Assembly (NCBI GenBank): GCA_036785375.1
Contig: JAWMAR010000384.1
Coordinates: 682,001-746,000, forward strand
DNA from: Leucoraja ocellata
Lineage: Eukaryota
DNA: 64,000 bases
Direction: 5' to 3'
A program made the position numbers and the translations under genes. The notes under the pieces were generated by a model. It worked only from the letters and a program-made list of their open reading frames with translations. It had not been told where the DNA came from and did no database searches. Below, in pieces: positions 62,701-64,000 of this stretch. Numbering within the stretch: the stretch's first letter is position 1; every line of letters starts with the position of its first letter.

Positions 62701-63023
62701 TTACAGACAGCTGGACCTGGCGATGTTTGCCTGCAGCGGGCTTGCCTGCGACTCGTGTTTAACCACACAGGAGTAAAGATCGTGTGCGTTCCACACTGTG
62801 GCTGGCAGAGTCAGGTAACTGCTCGCACTGAACGTGTTGTCCGCCTCCTGTTGGATCCGGCTGGTCTCAACGCCATCACTCCTCGCACTGCCGTCCACGG
62901 TCCAGTCAATTTCCACAGCACCCGGATTAAAACCGTTCACCAAACACACCAGGGTGGCCGTTCCCTTTCCCGTCAATTCTTGCGCTGAAGGTCCAAGCAC
63001 GGACAACGCGGGGGGCTGAGGAT
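62701..63023 (-). CDS. Ig light chain C exon, lambda/type II (cluster C; VJ beyond window)
   Basis: aaatag| acceptor; (N)PQPPALSVLGPSAQELTGKG...KHESQASPLQANIARSSCL*; 3 aa differences from the cluster B C exon. Confidence 0.95.
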
Positions 63024-64000
63024 CTATTTAAAATAAAGTCACAGATTAGTAGGGCTGGCAGAACTGCTTCGGTTAAAACATTATCTTTGTTAAAAATCCA
63101 GTTGGTATAACATGGATTCATTTGTTCTAAGTGAGATCTCCAAACAATAACTGCTATTTATGGCAATGGGACAGAATATGCGCAGCAGCGTAAAATATAT
63201 TATTTCGGCAGTATTTTTAATTGATCTCCAGAGTATTATTTTCGTTGGCTCCAGCTACAATTAAGAAAACCCCAGCGTTTTACCCGACAGCCAGTTGCGG
63301 GTTTTCATTGCTGCCAAAGTTCCACTAAACTCGCTTAAAACTTTAGTTTAGTTTAAATACCTTCCCTTAATTCATCTGTTCATTTATTATGACCAGATGC
63401 CGAAATGTTACTAATGGTTGGATTTTAGCGACAAGAATATTTTGCCGTTTTCGCCATCAATGAACAGACTAGATTTGCAGCCACGTTAAATTTACGGTTT
63501 CTCGCATTGTAAATAGTCGTTGATAAGATTTACATTATTGCTGAAACGTTTATGTTTGTTTTTTCTCGACCAGTCTCTTCTCTTTGAAGTCATAATTCAG
63601 CTCAGATTTCCGAGCTTGAATAGCGAATCTTATTCCTTTTGCTTAATGGCACAACAGCAAAATGCGTTATAAGATGTCGCATGGAACAAAACTGATTTGA
63701 GGAAGGGACCCGAACCGAAAGTCACCTATCCATGTTCACCAGAGACGCTGCCCTACCCGCTGAGTCACCCCAGAGCTTTGTGTATTTTTTTTGTAAACCA
63801 GCACCGGCAGTTCCTTGTCCCTCCAAAGTTATTTCCCGTTCCCTTACGTTCGGTCTAACAATGTGGACGGAGTGGCTGGAGAAATCTATCGGCGGGACTC
63901 CGTGTTCTGCAATTATCCAGGCTTGATAATTGTCAACTCGCCGTCAGCAAAATATTTAACAATTTAAAAAAACAGCTGGACACCCGTTTCGTCCTTTCAT

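Larger units (their letters stand above)
59215..64000. repeat. Recent segmental duplication, copy C (runs off window)
   Basis: Collinear with 45990-49510; C exons offset by 14,436 bp. Confidence 0.93.

Noticed and set aside
32508-63023. TCR, IgH/IgNAR or kappa identity for the Ig-domain genes
   Set aside because: Single C exon ending in stop with penultimate Cys, no TM exon, FGxG J and a type II-like C sequence indicate a lambda-type light chain.

Overview
Vertebrate genomic DNA from a cartilaginous fish, probably a skate or ray. That assignment is inferred from the HE1-type SINEs, CR1 and Penelope repeats and the cluster-type Ig genes. The left end holds the last four coding exons and 3' UTR of HIRA (+ strand). 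About 22 kb downstream and convergent (- strand) is a tandem array of immunoglobulin light-chain clusters of the chondrichthyan lambda (type II) class. Two L-VJ-C genes are complete, with V and J already fused in frame in the genome and no RSS (32.5-35.5 kb, 48.3-50.5 kb). A third contributes only its C exon (62.7-63.0 kb; its VJ should lie just past the window), and a gene-less paralogous flank at 44-46 kb looks like a lost fourth unit. The V domains have an 11-residue CDR2 resembling IGLV5/VpreB and a near-invariant 8-residue CDR3. The HIRA-IgL spacer contains a ~6 kb CR1-bounded tandem duplication with an assembly gap and a duplicated CTCF-like site. The rest is dense with CR1, Penelope-like elements carrying minimal hammerhead-like motifs, Rex1/Babar, RTE, Tc1, MITE, SINE and Gypsy remnants. 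All calls are by eye, no database searches were run, and repeat boundaries are approximate.
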